Under the pieces are notes generated by a model. That model was given only the letters and a program-made list of their open reading frames with translations, was not told where the DNA came from and did not search any database. 64,000 bases of DNA from Parcubacteria group bacterium Gr01-1014_13 (GTDB taxonomy: Bacteria > Patescibacteriota > Patescibacteriia > Magasanikbacterales > GWA2-37-8): the NCBI GenBank assembly GCA_007376295.1, contig VMGB01000001.1, forward strand, positions 349,969 to 413,968. Direction: 5' to 3'. Every line of letters begins with the position of its first letter. Positions within the stretch are counted from its first letter, which is position 1. A program made the position numbers and the translations under genes. Shown piece after piece: positions 46,740 through 56,485 of this stretch.

Positions 46740-48272
46740 ATGTCGAGACTACAACCAAAAATTCTTTTGGTTTACCCGCCTAACCAGCTGATGGCTATTG
46801 AAATGCCCCGGCCGGACGGTTCGCTCGGCCCATTGTACCTCAGCGGCGCTCTTCGCGACGCAGGGTTTGATGTTGATCTACTGGACGCTTCTGTCGGTAC
46901 AAACGAAGATAAGCTCAGTGATACGTTCCACAACCGAGTTCTCTTGCCGAACGGTCTAACCCGTATCGGCATGACCCCGGATCGCCTGCGGGAATACTTC
47001 GCCAAAGGCAACTTTGATATCGTAGGTATTAGCAGTAACTTCACCCCCCAGACCAAAATGGCTCTGGAGGTGGCAGGCATTGCTAAAGAAGTAAACCCCG
47101 AAACTCTAGTTATTGCGGGTGGTGTCAATGCCCGCGCACTTTCGGATCGTTTCCTAGCGAGTCGTTTGGTGGACGTGGTCATCCTCACCGAAGGTGAAAA
47201 AATCATCGTCGACCTGGCTCGTGCCTGGCAACAAAACACGTCGTTTGACAATGTAAATGGTATTAAATACTTGCGCACGGGATTCCCGGTGACTAGGCCA
47301 GTAACTCCGGAATTAATCTCGGATAATCTGGACAGTCTACCGATTCCAGCCTGGGATCTTCTACCACATGCCAAATACGACGAAATCAATAGTCCGCATG
47401 GTAGTATCATTAGCAGTCAGAAGCGGCGTTACGCCCCTATCATGACCTCGCGCGGCTGTCCGTTCCGCTGCGCATACTGCCACATTAGTGAAGAAAAAGA
47501 GGCCGGCTCCTTCACAGGCGATATCGGCTCATTGCGACTCAAATCGATTGATCGCGTTATGGAGGAACTAAAAAAATTACTCGCGCTTGGAGTAACCCAC
47601 CTCTATATCGAAGACGACAGTCTTCTCGCCAAAAAAGCTCGCATCAAAGATCTTTTTCATCGCCTTACCGGCCTTGGACTGAAGATTAGCGGTGTGAACG
47701 GCGTAAATCTAGTCCACTTTGGTATCCCGACTACAAACGGACGGCTAAAACCAGACGTTGGGTATCTGGAAATCCTAAAGGGTGCTGGATTTGATGAGAT
47801 TGTCTTCCCGGTAGAATCCGGAAATCAACGGATTCTTGATAAATACGCTACGTCTAAACTGCCTCTGGATAAACTTGATGTCATCCAACTCGTGCGCGAT
47901 GCGGTGGAAGTCGGAATTACCTGTCCAGTCAATATGATGGTTGGGTTCCCCGACGAAACTAAAGCCGAGATGAATGAGAGTGTTGAGCTGGCAAAGAAAC
48001 TCATCGATGCTGGTGCTCGATACGTAACGTTCTTTATTCCTATTCCGTTCCCCGGAAGCAAGCTATACCGTATGGCTATCGACGGGGGCCACTTGTCAGC
48101 TGATTTCGATCCGGACACGATGAATTGGAAAAATGCTGTCATGCAAAATACGACGGTGCCACCGGAGGAAGTGGTGGAATTCCGCGATTGGGCGTGGGAA
48201 ACAGTAAATAGCGAAGACTATAAGAAGAAACGTAAAGAAAGAGAAATTGGCGATCAGCGCTTTGCAAAATAA
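46740..48272 (+). CDS. cobalamin-binding radical SAM protein (class B)
   Basis: N-terminal B12-binding-type domain (LVYPP..SLG.LYL, VGIS, IAGG, EGE), TSRGCPFRCAYC, EDD, ESG, GFPDET, PFPGS; AAGGAG SD. Confidence 0.9.
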   Translation: MSRLQPKILLVYPPNQLMAIEMPRPDGSLGPLYLSGALRDAGFDVDLLDASVGTNEDKLSDTFHNRVLLPNGLTRIGMTPDRLREYFAKGNFDIVGISSNFTPQTKMALEVAGIAKEVNPETLVIAGGVNARALSDRFLASRLVDVVILTEGEKIIVDLARAWQQNTSFDNVNGIKYLRTGFPVTRPVTPELISDNLDSLPIPAWDLLPHAKYDEINSPHGSIISSQKRRYAPIMTSRGCPFRCAYCHISEEKEAGSFTGDIGSLRLKSIDRVMEELKKLLALGVTHLYIEDDSLLAKKARIKDLFHRLTGLGLKISGVNGVNLVHFGIPTTNGRLKPDVGYLEILKGAGFDEIVFPVESGNQRILDKYATSKLPLDKLDVIQLVRDAVEVGITCPVNMMVGFPDETKAEMNESVELAKKLIDAGARYVTFFIPIPFPGSKLYRMAIDGGHLSADFDPDTMNWKNAVMQNTTVPPEEVVEFRDWAWETVNSEDYKKKRKEREIGDQRFAK

Positions 48273-48279
48273 CAATACC

Positions 48280-48311
48280 CGAGATAGAACCTCCCTATCT
48301 CGTTTTTTTTT
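48280..48311 (+). terminator. intrinsic terminator
   Basis: CGAGATAG-AACCTCC-CTATCTCG-TTTTTTTTT; overlaps the stop of the convergent gene. Confidence 0.8.
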
Positions 48312-49128
48312 GACTTTTTTCTATCTGCCAAACTTGCCAATAAAGAGAGAAGTAATAAATATAATTATAAAAACAGAGTTTCCATCCCGTCCAACTGGCC
48401 CATAATCCGTTTTTAAATTGGCCGAGAAAATCTTTAATCGGGTTAACGATTAAATAAAACACGATATGTGTTCTTACTTTTTTTGCGTAAGTAATCCATT
48501 TCTCTGGGGTCGTATTAAAACATTCATAAGTTACTAATTCCGGAAAAAAATATCTGGCATGAATCGGAGACCACATTTCTCTTTTTCTTTTAACGGTGGC
48601 TCGCGAGATATTGTTATAAAGCGGGCGGTGTCGCAGATATATTTCTAACTTTTCAGTTTTACCGTCAACCTCTCCCATCGCATGAGGAATACCGACAAAA
48701 CGCATAGCCGATTTTTTGAAAAGACAGGCTTTTTGAATTCCTTTGCAGCGTAAAGTTTTTTTGCCGTCCCACATCTCCCAATTAAATATAAATCTATTAA
48801 CGCCATTTTGATTATTTACTTTTTCCCTGATTAACGGAAAATCTTTTTCTTCCAGAGATTCATCGGCATCCATAAGCAGGATCCAGTCTCCCACTGCGGT
48901 ATTAAAACAAAAAACAAAATGCAGAGTAGAAATCCCGGCATGCGGCCGCACAAAAACTTTGTCGGTATATTCTCTAGCTATTTCCAAAGTTTTGTCTTTG
49001 CATTCGCCATCATGTACCACAATAATTTCATCCACTAAACCTTTAATACTGTCCAAGCATTTTCGCACAATTTTTTCTTCGTTGTACACGATAAGACAGG
49101 CAGAAATTTTTTGCTTGCTATTTTCCAT
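48295..49128 (-). CDS. GT2 glycosyltransferase (KdtX-like)
   Basis: IVYNEE..V..CL.S, DKTLEIA, WILLMDADE. Confidence 0.87.
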   Translation of the reverse strand: MENSKQKISACLIVYNEEKIVRKCLDSIKGLVDEIIVVHDGECKDKTLEIAREYTDKVFVRPHAGISTLHFVFCFNTAVGDWILLMDADESLEEKDFPLIREKVNNQNGVNRFIFNWEMWDGKKTLRCKGIQKACLFKKSAMRFVGIPHAMGEVDGKTEKLEIYLRHRPLYNNISRATVKRKREMWSPIHARYFFPELVTYECFNTTPEKWITYAKKVRTHIVFYLIVNPIKDFLGQFKNGLWASWTGWKLCFYNYIYYFSLYWQVWQIEKSQKKTR

Positions 49129-49150
49129 ATGCTAATTAGCTGATTTTAAA

Positions 49151-49873
49151 TTACAGCTGCTGCATTGCTTTGCTAGCGTCATTGATAAATTGTACCACAG
49201 TTTCTTTGGTACGGGCAGAGAGAAGACATTTGGCGAGTACTTCCGGAGGAATAGTGAGAATGTGGGCTCCGCTTTTACCCCACAAATCTACGTTTTCCGG
49301 ACTGCGTACAGACCCAACGATAATTTCAATGTTTTTATAGTTATGAAAATCAAGCCATTGTCTGACATCTTCGAGGACTTTTTGCGCTTGCTCTACACCA
49401 TGTTCTTCTGAAATTCTACCGGCAAAAATACTTATATTATGAATTTTTCTTGCGCTAGTCTTCGCCATACCTGCATTGATTGCTTTGGCGGCAAGTATTG
49501 CCTGATTAAAGGTCATCATTGCTGTCACATTTACAGAAATACCTTCGCTAACCAGTCTGTAAATAGCAGGTAAAAGAGAATTACCATTGCGATCAGTAAT
49601 AGTTACTTTTACGGTGATGTTTTCTGCCCAGGTATTGAATTTTCTTGCCTGATTAAGAACCTGTTCTAAATCATCGCTTGTCACCTCAACGCTTAGTGGC
49701 TGGGGCGCAATTAAACGAGCGATTTCGATCAATCTTTGTTTCATTCCTTCTTCTCCGCCGGAAACGCCGGATTTTAAACAAATACTTGGGTTGGTAGTAA
49801 CTCCATCACAAATCCCCCAGCTTACATATTTTTCAATTTCCTTGATGTCAGCGCTGTCGATAAATATTTTCAT
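49151..49873 (-). CDS. transaldolase (TalC/FSA family)
   Basis: IFIDSAD, GVTTNPS, SVEV, Schiff-base Lys in TVKV, VNVT, SIFAGR, GSVR, LTIPP. Confidence 0.88.
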   Translation of the reverse strand: MKIFIDSADIKEIEKYVSWGICDGVTTNPSICLKSGVSGGEEGMKQRLIEIARLIAPQPLSVEVTSDDLEQVLNQARKFNTWAENITVKVTITDRNGNSLLPAIYRLVSEGISVNVTAMMTFNQAILAAKAINAGMAKTSARKIHNISIFAGRISEEHGVEQAQKVLEDVRQWLDFHNYKNIEIIVGSVRSPENVDLWGKSGAHILTIPPEVLAKCLLSARTKETVVQFINDASKAMQQL

Positions 49874-49892
49874 ATAAATTACTGGTTTATTA

Positions 49893-50429
49893 TTAATTGA
49901 TAATTTCCAAAATAGAAAGTAAATCTTGTATTCGTGAGTCTGGTTCTAAATGATCATTACGGCCATCAGAGACAATCACAGACCGAACCCCGGCAGCTCT
50001 GGCAGCCAGAAGATCATTATCCGTGTCACCTATCATATATGATGATGGCAAATGAATATTCCATTTTTTTGCCGCATCCAGTAGCATGCCTGGGAGTGGT
50101 TTTTTGCAGAGACAGCCGTCATTACGACGATGAAAGCAGATAAAAATATCATCAAATGAAAGATTTTTTACCTCAGCCATTATGCGCTCGTGTTGTTCCT
50201 GGGGTAATTTACCATATGCTATATCCGGTTGGTTTGTAACTAGGATACGAAGATATCCTAGCTTACCAACAGCTTCCAATACTTCCTTAATCCCTGACTT
50301 GAAACGGAATTCACTGTGATGATGTGGCGCAGTAAAACGAACCTTCTTTTCTCCAACAAAAAAATTTTCGCCCCGATCTATAACTTCATTCACAACTCCA
50401 TCGCGGTCAAAAAAGACAGCCTTTACCAT
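49893..50429 (-). CDS. gmhB: heptose 1,7-bisphosphate phosphatase (HAD-IIIA)
   Basis: FFDRDGV, VTNQ, CFH...C.CKKP.PGM, MIGD. Confidence 0.88.
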   Translation of the reverse strand: MVKAVFFDRDGVVNEVIDRGENFFVGEKKVRFTAPHHHSEFRFKSGIKEVLEAVGKLGYLRILVTNQPDIAYGKLPQEQHERIMAEVKNLSFDDIFICFHRRNDGCLCKKPLPGMLLDAAKKWNIHLPSSYMIGDTDNDLLAARAAGVRSVIVSDGRNDHLEPDSRIQDLLSILEIIN

Positions 50430-50435
50430 AATATT

Positions 50436-51020
50436 TTAATAACCACTTTGCTGTTTTAACAAATTTATCAATAAATGGTTAACTACTAATTGATAATCTT
50501 CAGTGTGAGGAGTTACCATGGATTCTTCGATTTTTGGCACAACTAAACAAGCGTCGGCAACCTGAGCAGCGACACCAGTCTCCCTGCCAACCACAGCCAG
50601 AATTCTTGCACCCACAACTTTGGCATATTCCATAGCCTTGACTAAATTTCCAGAAATATTTTGAGTTCCTCCGTTAACAGAGAAAATAAATAGGCAGTCT
50701 TTAGCAGTAAGATTATGCATTTCCAGTTGACGTTTAAAAACAGAATCCCAGCCTTCGTCGTTGGCTAACGCGCTAAACAAGCCCACGTTATCGGTAAGAC
50801 AAAAAGTAGAGATATTGGCAATTTTATTAAAGTCGTTGGTAGCGTGGGAAGCCGAAGCTCCTCCTCCACCTATACCCAAAAAGAAAACTCTGCCTTTGAG
50901 TTCGCGTGTAATAGATAAAATATCAGCCATTTTTTCCAAACGTTCTCGACTGCACTCATTGGCAATTTGAGCTGTTCTTTTTAGGTACTGATCTATAAAA
51001 TTGTGCTTGTCCATAACCAT
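50436..51020 (-). CDS. gmhA: sedoheptulose-7-phosphate isomerase (SIS)
   Basis: GIGGG..ASH, ALANDEG, F..QL, HTED...V..H. Confidence 0.82.
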   Translation of the reverse strand: MVMDKHNFIDQYLKRTAQIANECSRERLEKMADILSITRELKGRVFFLGIGGGGASASHATNDFNKIANISTFCLTDNVGLFSALANDEGWDSVFKRQLEMHNLTAKDCLFIFSVNGGTQNISGNLVKAMEYAKVVGARILAVVGRETGVAAQVADACLVVPKIEESMVTPHTEDYQLVVNHLLINLLKQQSGY

Positions 51021-51115
51021 GAAAATTAAAAAAATATCAAAAAAACTGACCCCCTTAATTAATACTAACGTTACCTTTTTTTGCCAAGAATGTCAATAAT
51101 CGACCTGCTCTGTGC

Positions 51116-52111
51116 CTAGTCAAAATCAACCATTGTCTTTGCCCCTTCTTTTTCAAATCTAAAGGGCATTTCTTTCAAACCGTTGGTTTTCATCGCTTCA
51201 CGCACGCTTTTTCTCTCTTTATCTCCAGGACAATAAAATACCAAAAATCCACCGCCGCCGGCTCCCATAATTTTGCCACCCAAAGACCCATTTTCTTTGG
51301 CCAAAGCATAAAGCCTGTCAATATTTGGATCAGACATTTTTGTAGACATTGTTTTTTTGATTCGCCAATGCTCATCCATTAATCTACCAAAATTATCCAA
51401 ATTACCACCTTGAATAGAATTTTTAATTTCCATTCCAATCTCTTTAATCTGTAATAGCGATTTAGTCACATCACTTTCTTTTTTCTCAGCCGCAGCGCTC
51501 TGCTCGCCCAAAATTACCATAGCACTTCGAGAAATACCCGTATAAAATAATAGTAACTTATTTTGCAAATCTTCTACTGTTTCACGAGCAATTGCCGCAT
51601 CAGATACCTGCACGGCTCCATTTTTATCAATATTCATTATCGTAAAACCGCCATAGGCTGCCAAATATTGGTCCTGCTTGCCCACAGGCTTATGTAGTAA
51701 GTCAATTTCGATATGACAAGCTAGTTCTGCCAGTTCTTGAACTCCGGAACCCCTACGGGTTAATGTCTGCAATCCTTTTAAAAGTCCAACCAAATAAGAA
51801 CCAGACGAACCCATCCCTGTACCTGCCGGCACATCGGCCGTGGAAGCGATTTCGATTTGGTCTTTAATGCCATAATATTCCAAAGCAGCCCGAGCCAAAT
51901 CATGCTCCAGTTGCGCGGTATTTTCTACAATCTCAATACGAGAATATTTTACACGAACAAGCGAATCCAAAATCGGTCGATTGATACTTATATACATGTA
52001 CTTATCAATAGCGGCACTAAATACAAAACCGCCATGCTGTTTATAAAAAGCAGGCAAATCCGTACCGCCTCCGCCAAGCGGGATCCTAAATGGGGTGCGA
52101 GTTAAAATCAC
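51116..52111 (-). CDS. hddA: D-glycero-alpha-D-manno-heptose 7-phosphate kinase (GHMP)
   Basis: TPFRI.LGGGGTD, PAGTGMGSS, GKQDQY, GGKIMGAGGGG. Confidence 0.88.
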   Translation of the reverse strand: MILTRTPFRIPLGGGGTDLPAFYKQHGGFVFSAAIDKYMYISINRPILDSLVRVKYSRIEIVENTAQLEHDLARAALEYYGIKDQIEIASTADVPAGTGMGSSGSYLVGLLKGLQTLTRRGSGVQELAELACHIEIDLLHKPVGKQDQYLAAYGGFTIMNIDKNGAVQVSDAAIARETVEDLQNKLLLFYTGISRSAMVILGEQSAAAEKKESDVTKSLLQIKEIGMEIKNSIQGGNLDNFGRLMDEHWRIKKTMSTKMSDPNIDRLYALAKENGSLGGKIMGAGGGGFLVFYCPGDKERKSVREAMKTNGLKEMPFRFEKEGAKTMVDFD

Positions 52112-52115
52112 AATT

Positions 52116-52832
52116 TTATTTAATATTAGTAAAAAAATCTTGGGTCCGATGATAACCTTCTATGTTATCACAACCAAAAACATACTCTTCTTGGCTAAAT
52201 TGGTACGTGCCAATTTTAATATTGTCCCTCAAAAGCAATGGAAAAACATCCCAACCGAAATCATATTTCTGCCCCTCGGGAATATATTTAAAAATCTCCG
52301 GTTCAAGAACATATGATCCCGCGCTCACCAAACTGCTCATTTCATCGGCATTTTCCATGAACTCTTTGACGCTTCTATCAGAATTAAGCAAAACCCGACC
52401 CCGACCGATACCACTATTTTTATTTTTAGTCATGTCGTGAATAGCCATCGTACAAATAGTTTCATTTTTCTGATGAGCTAACAAAAGATTTTCTAAATTA
52501 CAATTGGTAACATTATCACCATACAAAAGAAAAAATGGTTCGGTAAATTCTTTTTCCACTTTCTTCACCGCCCCTGCGCTACCTAAGAGCTCTTCTTCTC
52601 TGGAATAAACAATGGACACGCCGAATTTTGAGCCATCTTGAAAATAATCCATTATTTGATCGGCTTTATAGCAAACATTGATAATTATTTCCCGCACGCC
52701 ATATTGGCGCGCCAAATCAATATTGTGCTCTAAAATGGGCTTGCCGTTAATCTCAACCAAAACCTTAGGAATATTATCAGTAAGCGGACGGAGTCTAGTA
52801 CCCTCTCCGGCCGCCAAAATCATGGCTTTCAT
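52116..52832 (-). CDS. sugar-1-phosphate guanylyltransferase (HddC/ManC-like)
   Basis: LAAGEGTRLRPLT...PK, LLGSAG, LYGD; adjacent to hddA. Confidence 0.82.
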   Translation of the reverse strand: MKAMILAAGEGTRLRPLTDNIPKVLVEINGKPILEHNIDLARQYGVREIIINVCYKADQIMDYFQDGSKFGVSIVYSREEELLGSAGAVKKVEKEFTEPFFLLYGDNVTNCNLENLLLAHQKNETICTMAIHDMTKNKNSGIGRGRVLLNSDRSVKEFMENADEMSSLVSAGSYVLEPEIFKYIPEGQKYDFGWDVFPLLLRDNIKIGTYQFSQEEYVFGCDNIEGYHRTQDFFTNIK

Positions 52833-54166
52833 AATATCTTTTTTAATAATGTTTGCGACTTTCTTTTATATTTTAGATAGCACAACCAAATCTTTTCCAA
52901 GATAGAATCAGGATACTCTTTTCCATAAATATCTTCAAGTCGTCTGTAATACTCTTCGAACCAACTTTTTATACTATTTTCATCCGGAAAAAAATTGTTA
53001 GAAGCGTAATATGCCAAAATATTTGGCGACAATTCGATTTTTTTATCCAACGCGCTCTCAATAAATATTTTTTCAAATGTTTTTATACCTATTCTGGCAT
53101 CGTATTTTTCTAGTACCTCTGTATGATTTTTTTCTCCCATTCGGGCAACTTCTTCTAAATGGTGATATAGGTAATCAACCGCTTTGGCCATAGCAGCTCC
53201 GCTCTCAACCACATAACCATTAACCCCATTTTTAATTTGTTCTATCTGACCATTATCCTTGGTATGACTTTTGCCCAACGTAAATCTAGGAAATGGCGTA
53301 GATTTAACTACAACAGGTTTCTTAAAAAACATAGCCTCGGCAATTGTGGAACAGCTGCATTCCCCTATGTGACTATCGTGCACAAAAACATCAATGGCCG
53401 AATAAAAAAGCCCGAGCTCCTTGTCCGAAGAAGTCATATCAAGCATTATCAGATTTTCCGGTGTGCCGGCAGCAATAAGTAAGTTCTTTCTTTCCTCCGG
53501 AACCCCATAAATCAAAAATTTTATTTTTGGATTCATTTTACAAAGCCTTTTCCACATCACCAACATTTCATCATCCCATTTTTCCATTACCGGCCTGGCC
53601 GCCCTGCCTATCACAAAACTTCCTTCCAAACCCAATTTCATCTTGTAATCTTTTATCTCCGCTTCTGTAGGCATATTTTCTTGCCAGTGCTCACAATTTA
53701 CCAGCCCATACACTGTCTTGAGTTTTTTAAAATCAAATTTTATCTTATTTTGCACGCAATATTTTACAAGGTTGGTCTGACTAACAAAGACATGCTTATC
53801 ACAGCGCTGACCAAAATAGCCTTTATCAAGCACACTGAAGGTGTTCATTTCTAAAAGCGATATGCTATCGCCGATTTCTTTTGCCACCGCATCATGAGCC
53901 GGCTCGTTTCTGCCATGTCTGTGCGTATATACAACATCAATATTGTTGTCTTTCAAGGTCTGAGCTATTTCTTTAGGATCGGAAATAAAGAAAATTTTAT
54001 CGCTATCAATAGATTTGGACCGTGGATCATCTTTAGAACCCATTGAAATCACAAAATGACTGAAAAATTCCTTGTTCAGATTCTTATTCATTGTAATAAT
54101 TTCTCTGGCCGTACCCCCTATGCCCATGCCGTTGGTCAGAGAAGCAACTCTTATTTTATTGGTCAT
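52829..54166 (-). CDS. GT4-like glycosyltransferase
   Basis: GGT.RE, GRAAR...KW, GE...TIAEAM..KPVV, NGVNGY. Confidence 0.8.
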   Translation of the reverse strand: MTNKIRVASLTNGMGIGGTAREIITMNKNLNKEFFSHFVISMGSKDDPRSKSIDSDKIFFISDPKEIAQTLKDNNIDVVYTHRHGRNEPAHDAVAKEIGDSISLLEMNTFSVLDKGYFGQRCDKHVFVSQTNLVKYCVQNKIKFDFKKLKTVYGLVNCEHWQENMPTEAEIKDYKMKLGLEGSFVIGRAARPVMEKWDDEMLVMWKRLCKMNPKIKFLIYGVPEERKNLLIAAGTPENLIMLDMTSSDKELGLFYSAIDVFVHDSHIGECSCSTIAEAMFFKKPVVVKSTPFPRFTLGKSHTKDNGQIEQIKNGVNGYVVESGAAMAKAVDYLYHHLEEVARMGEKNHTEVLEKYDARIGIKTFEKIFIESALDKKIELSPNILAYYASNNFFPDENSIKSWFEEYYRRLEDIYGKEYPDSILEKIWLCYLKYKRKSQTLLKKIL

Positions 54167-54833
54167 TTTTTTTATTCTTAGTTGCGACTAATATATACTG
54201 AATAGCTATTAACTTTGGCCAAAGAAAAAATAATTTTTGACCAATACCAAATAGCTTGTTTATGCCAAACCGTTCCCAGCCGCCATTTGATGGCCGCGCT
54301 TTTTCCAAATGCAAACCAGCTTGCTCGATTAATTCTTTCATTGTCTTTAGAGTGAAAAAACGCATATGGGTCCGATCCATTATACCACCATCCTTATAAT
54401 CCCAACGGCCAACTAACAATTCCCAACGTATGGAATAATGGGCGACATTCGGTAATGAGATCACAAATCTTCCTGTTGGTTTTAGAAATTTCTTTAAACC
54501 AATAAGTACCTGTAGAGGATCAGTCATATGCTCCAGCACGTCTCCCAAAAAAATAACGTCAAATTCTTGACCGGCCATTTCCGGCAAATTCAAAAATTCT
54601 TCAGCGGTATTTTTGAATAATTTAGTATAACCGTAATTTTTCGCGTCTTCATAGAGCTCTTGCACCGGCTCAACGCCCCAAACTTCACAATTTTTTTCCT
54701 TAATTAAATACTCACCCATATATCCACTGGCCGTGCCGATTTCCAAAACACGCGAACCTACGGGCACTTCTTGTAAAAGCAGCCAATGTGTTTGATACTT
54801 TCCGGAATCGTAACGATAATTGCGTTGTTGCAT
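54156..54833 (-). CDS. class I SAM-dependent methyltransferase
   Basis: VLEIGTASG, GDVLEH..DP, SLPNVAH, GIMDRTH.RFFT. Confidence 0.88.
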   Translation of the reverse strand: MQQRNYRYDSGKYQTHWLLLQEVPVGSRVLEIGTASGYMGEYLIKEKNCEVWGVEPVQELYEDAKNYGYTKLFKNTAEEFLNLPEMAGQEFDVIFLGDVLEHMTDPLQVLIGLKKFLKPTGRFVISLPNVAHYSIRWELLVGRWDYKDGGIMDRTHMRFFTLKTMKELIEQAGLHLEKARPSNGGWERFGINKLFGIGQKLFFLWPKLIAIQYILVATKNKKNDQ

Positions 54834-54839
54834 ATATTA

Positions 54840-55697
54840 CTATTTATTAAGCCAGGTATATTTATAACGTTTATGCATTATCTTATTCTTTAACGGCTGA
54901 TAAAGTTTTTTAAGATATGAGTAAATAAACTTTGGGGTTATCCTTTTAAAAACCCCAAAACAAAATGCGTAAATAGCACCCCATAAAAAAAATAGGTCAG
55001 TACGAATTCCCCCGAAATATTTCCGAGCAATGCTCCAATTTTCAAATCGAGCTTTCCACTGATTACTATGTGAAAAACCCATCGTTCCAACTTGATAAAT
55101 AACTGGCTCAACTTTTTTAAATCTGCGCCCTTCCGAAATACAACGAAGCACAAAGTCACCATCGCCCGAAACTTTATATTTCGTGTTAAACTTATATTTT
55201 TTCATAAGTTCAGTCCGAGCAAAAAGTGTTTGGTGTCCAAGCGGCAAGCCTTTCCAAGCTATACTCTTTACATCGTCATATGCCTCACATAATACCGCCT
55301 GACCGTTAATTTGGCCAATGAACCCCCCATACAAGCAGTCGGCTTGCTCAATCGTTGGGTCCGTAAATATTTTTTCGAAAACATCTGTTTGATAAAAATA
55401 ATCACCGCTGTTCATAAAATTTATCCACTCACCGGTAGTATGATCAATACCCTTATTCATAGCCTGAAATATTCCCCCATCTTTTTCACTTACCCAAAAA
55501 GCCAATCGATTTGCATATTTTTTTATAATATCAACTGTGCCATCGGTTGAACCCCCGTCTATAACAATATACTCAACATGTGGGTAAGTTTGATTTAGAA
55601 CACTAAGCATTGTTTGCTCAATATGCTCCACATCATTAAGCACTACGGTAACTATGGAAACCATAGGCGGTTTGAATTCTGTGGTATTGCTATTCAT
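54840..55697 (-). CDS. GT2 glycosyltransferase (WfgS-like)
   Basis: IDGGSTDGT, SEKD.GI..AMNKG, FMNSGD, HQ. Confidence 0.9.
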   Translation of the reverse strand: MNSNTTEFKPPMVSIVTVVLNDVEHIEQTMLSVLNQTYPHVEYIVIDGGSTDGTVDIIKKYANRLAFWVSEKDGGIFQAMNKGIDHTTGEWINFMNSGDYFYQTDVFEKIFTDPTIEQADCLYGGFIGQINGQAVLCEAYDDVKSIAWKGLPLGHQTLFARTELMKKYKFNTKYKVSGDGDFVLRCISEGRRFKKVEPVIYQVGTMGFSHSNQWKARFENWSIARKYFGGIRTDLFFLWGAIYAFCFGVFKRITPKFIYSYLKKLYQPLKNKIMHKRYKYTWLNK

Positions 55698-56482
55698 AAT
55701 CGGTTAATTACCCAAGCTACAATCAACTTGTTAAAATTAACAAATGACGTTATAGCGCCCATTTTAAACTCATTTTTATTTTGCAAAACTTCCGGAATTG
55801 GTTCGTTTATTTTCCTGCCAATAATAAAATATGTCAATCTTCTTTTTACTTTCCGATTACCGCCAGAGCTATAATCGGAATCATCTTTGGATGATCTGCG
55901 AAGATGAGTAGTATGCCAATATCTATTGGTTAAAAATCGGCTATTAGCTATTTTACAAAATTCCTCATTATCTTTATCTAATAATGTATCTTTGTTGTAG
56001 TCGCCTTGCCAATGCACACCCGAGGTAATTTTAATAAATCTTGGATAGTGAAAATCCTTTTTTCCTAAAATTTTTATAACTCCCTTGCGGTAATAAGTAT
56101 GATAAATATCTCCAACACATAGATAAAAAGGGGCTACCAAACACTCCACACCCGCATTTTCTGTAATTATTTTTTTAGCTTCACTCAAGACTCTGGCTGT
56201 CCAAATTTCGTCGCCATCTAAAATCATAAACCAATCTGTCTTTGTTCTATCCACCATTTCTTGCCGCAACTCGGTATGTCGCTTGCCGTCTGCCACGCCT
56301 TTTTCCTCAAAAATTATCTTATTCGGATACTCTTTTACCAAACTTTGAATAATGGCTACAGTTTTATCGGTAGAACCAGTATCAAAGACCATAACCTGGT
56401 CGACAAAATTAATTACCGACTTAATGGCGTAATAAATAAAATTTTCTTCATTTTTTACCAAACAATGGGCGGTAATTGACAT
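55694..56482 (-). CDS. GT2 glycosyltransferase
   Basis: VKNEE, DTGSTD.T, WFMILDGDE. Confidence 0.87.
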   Translation of the reverse strand: MSITAHCLVKNEENFIYYAIKSVINFVDQVMVFDTGSTDKTVAIIQSLVKEYPNKIIFEEKGVADGKRHTELRQEMVDRTKTDWFMILDGDEIWTARVLSEAKKIITENAGVECLVAPFYLCVGDIYHTYYRKGVIKILGKKDFHYPRFIKITSGVHWQGDYNKDTLLDKDNEEFCKIANSRFLTNRYWHTTHLRRSSKDDSDYSSGGNRKVKRRLTYFIIGRKINEPIPEVLQNKNEFKMGAITSFVNFNKLIVAWVINRL

Positions 56483-56485
56483 ATT

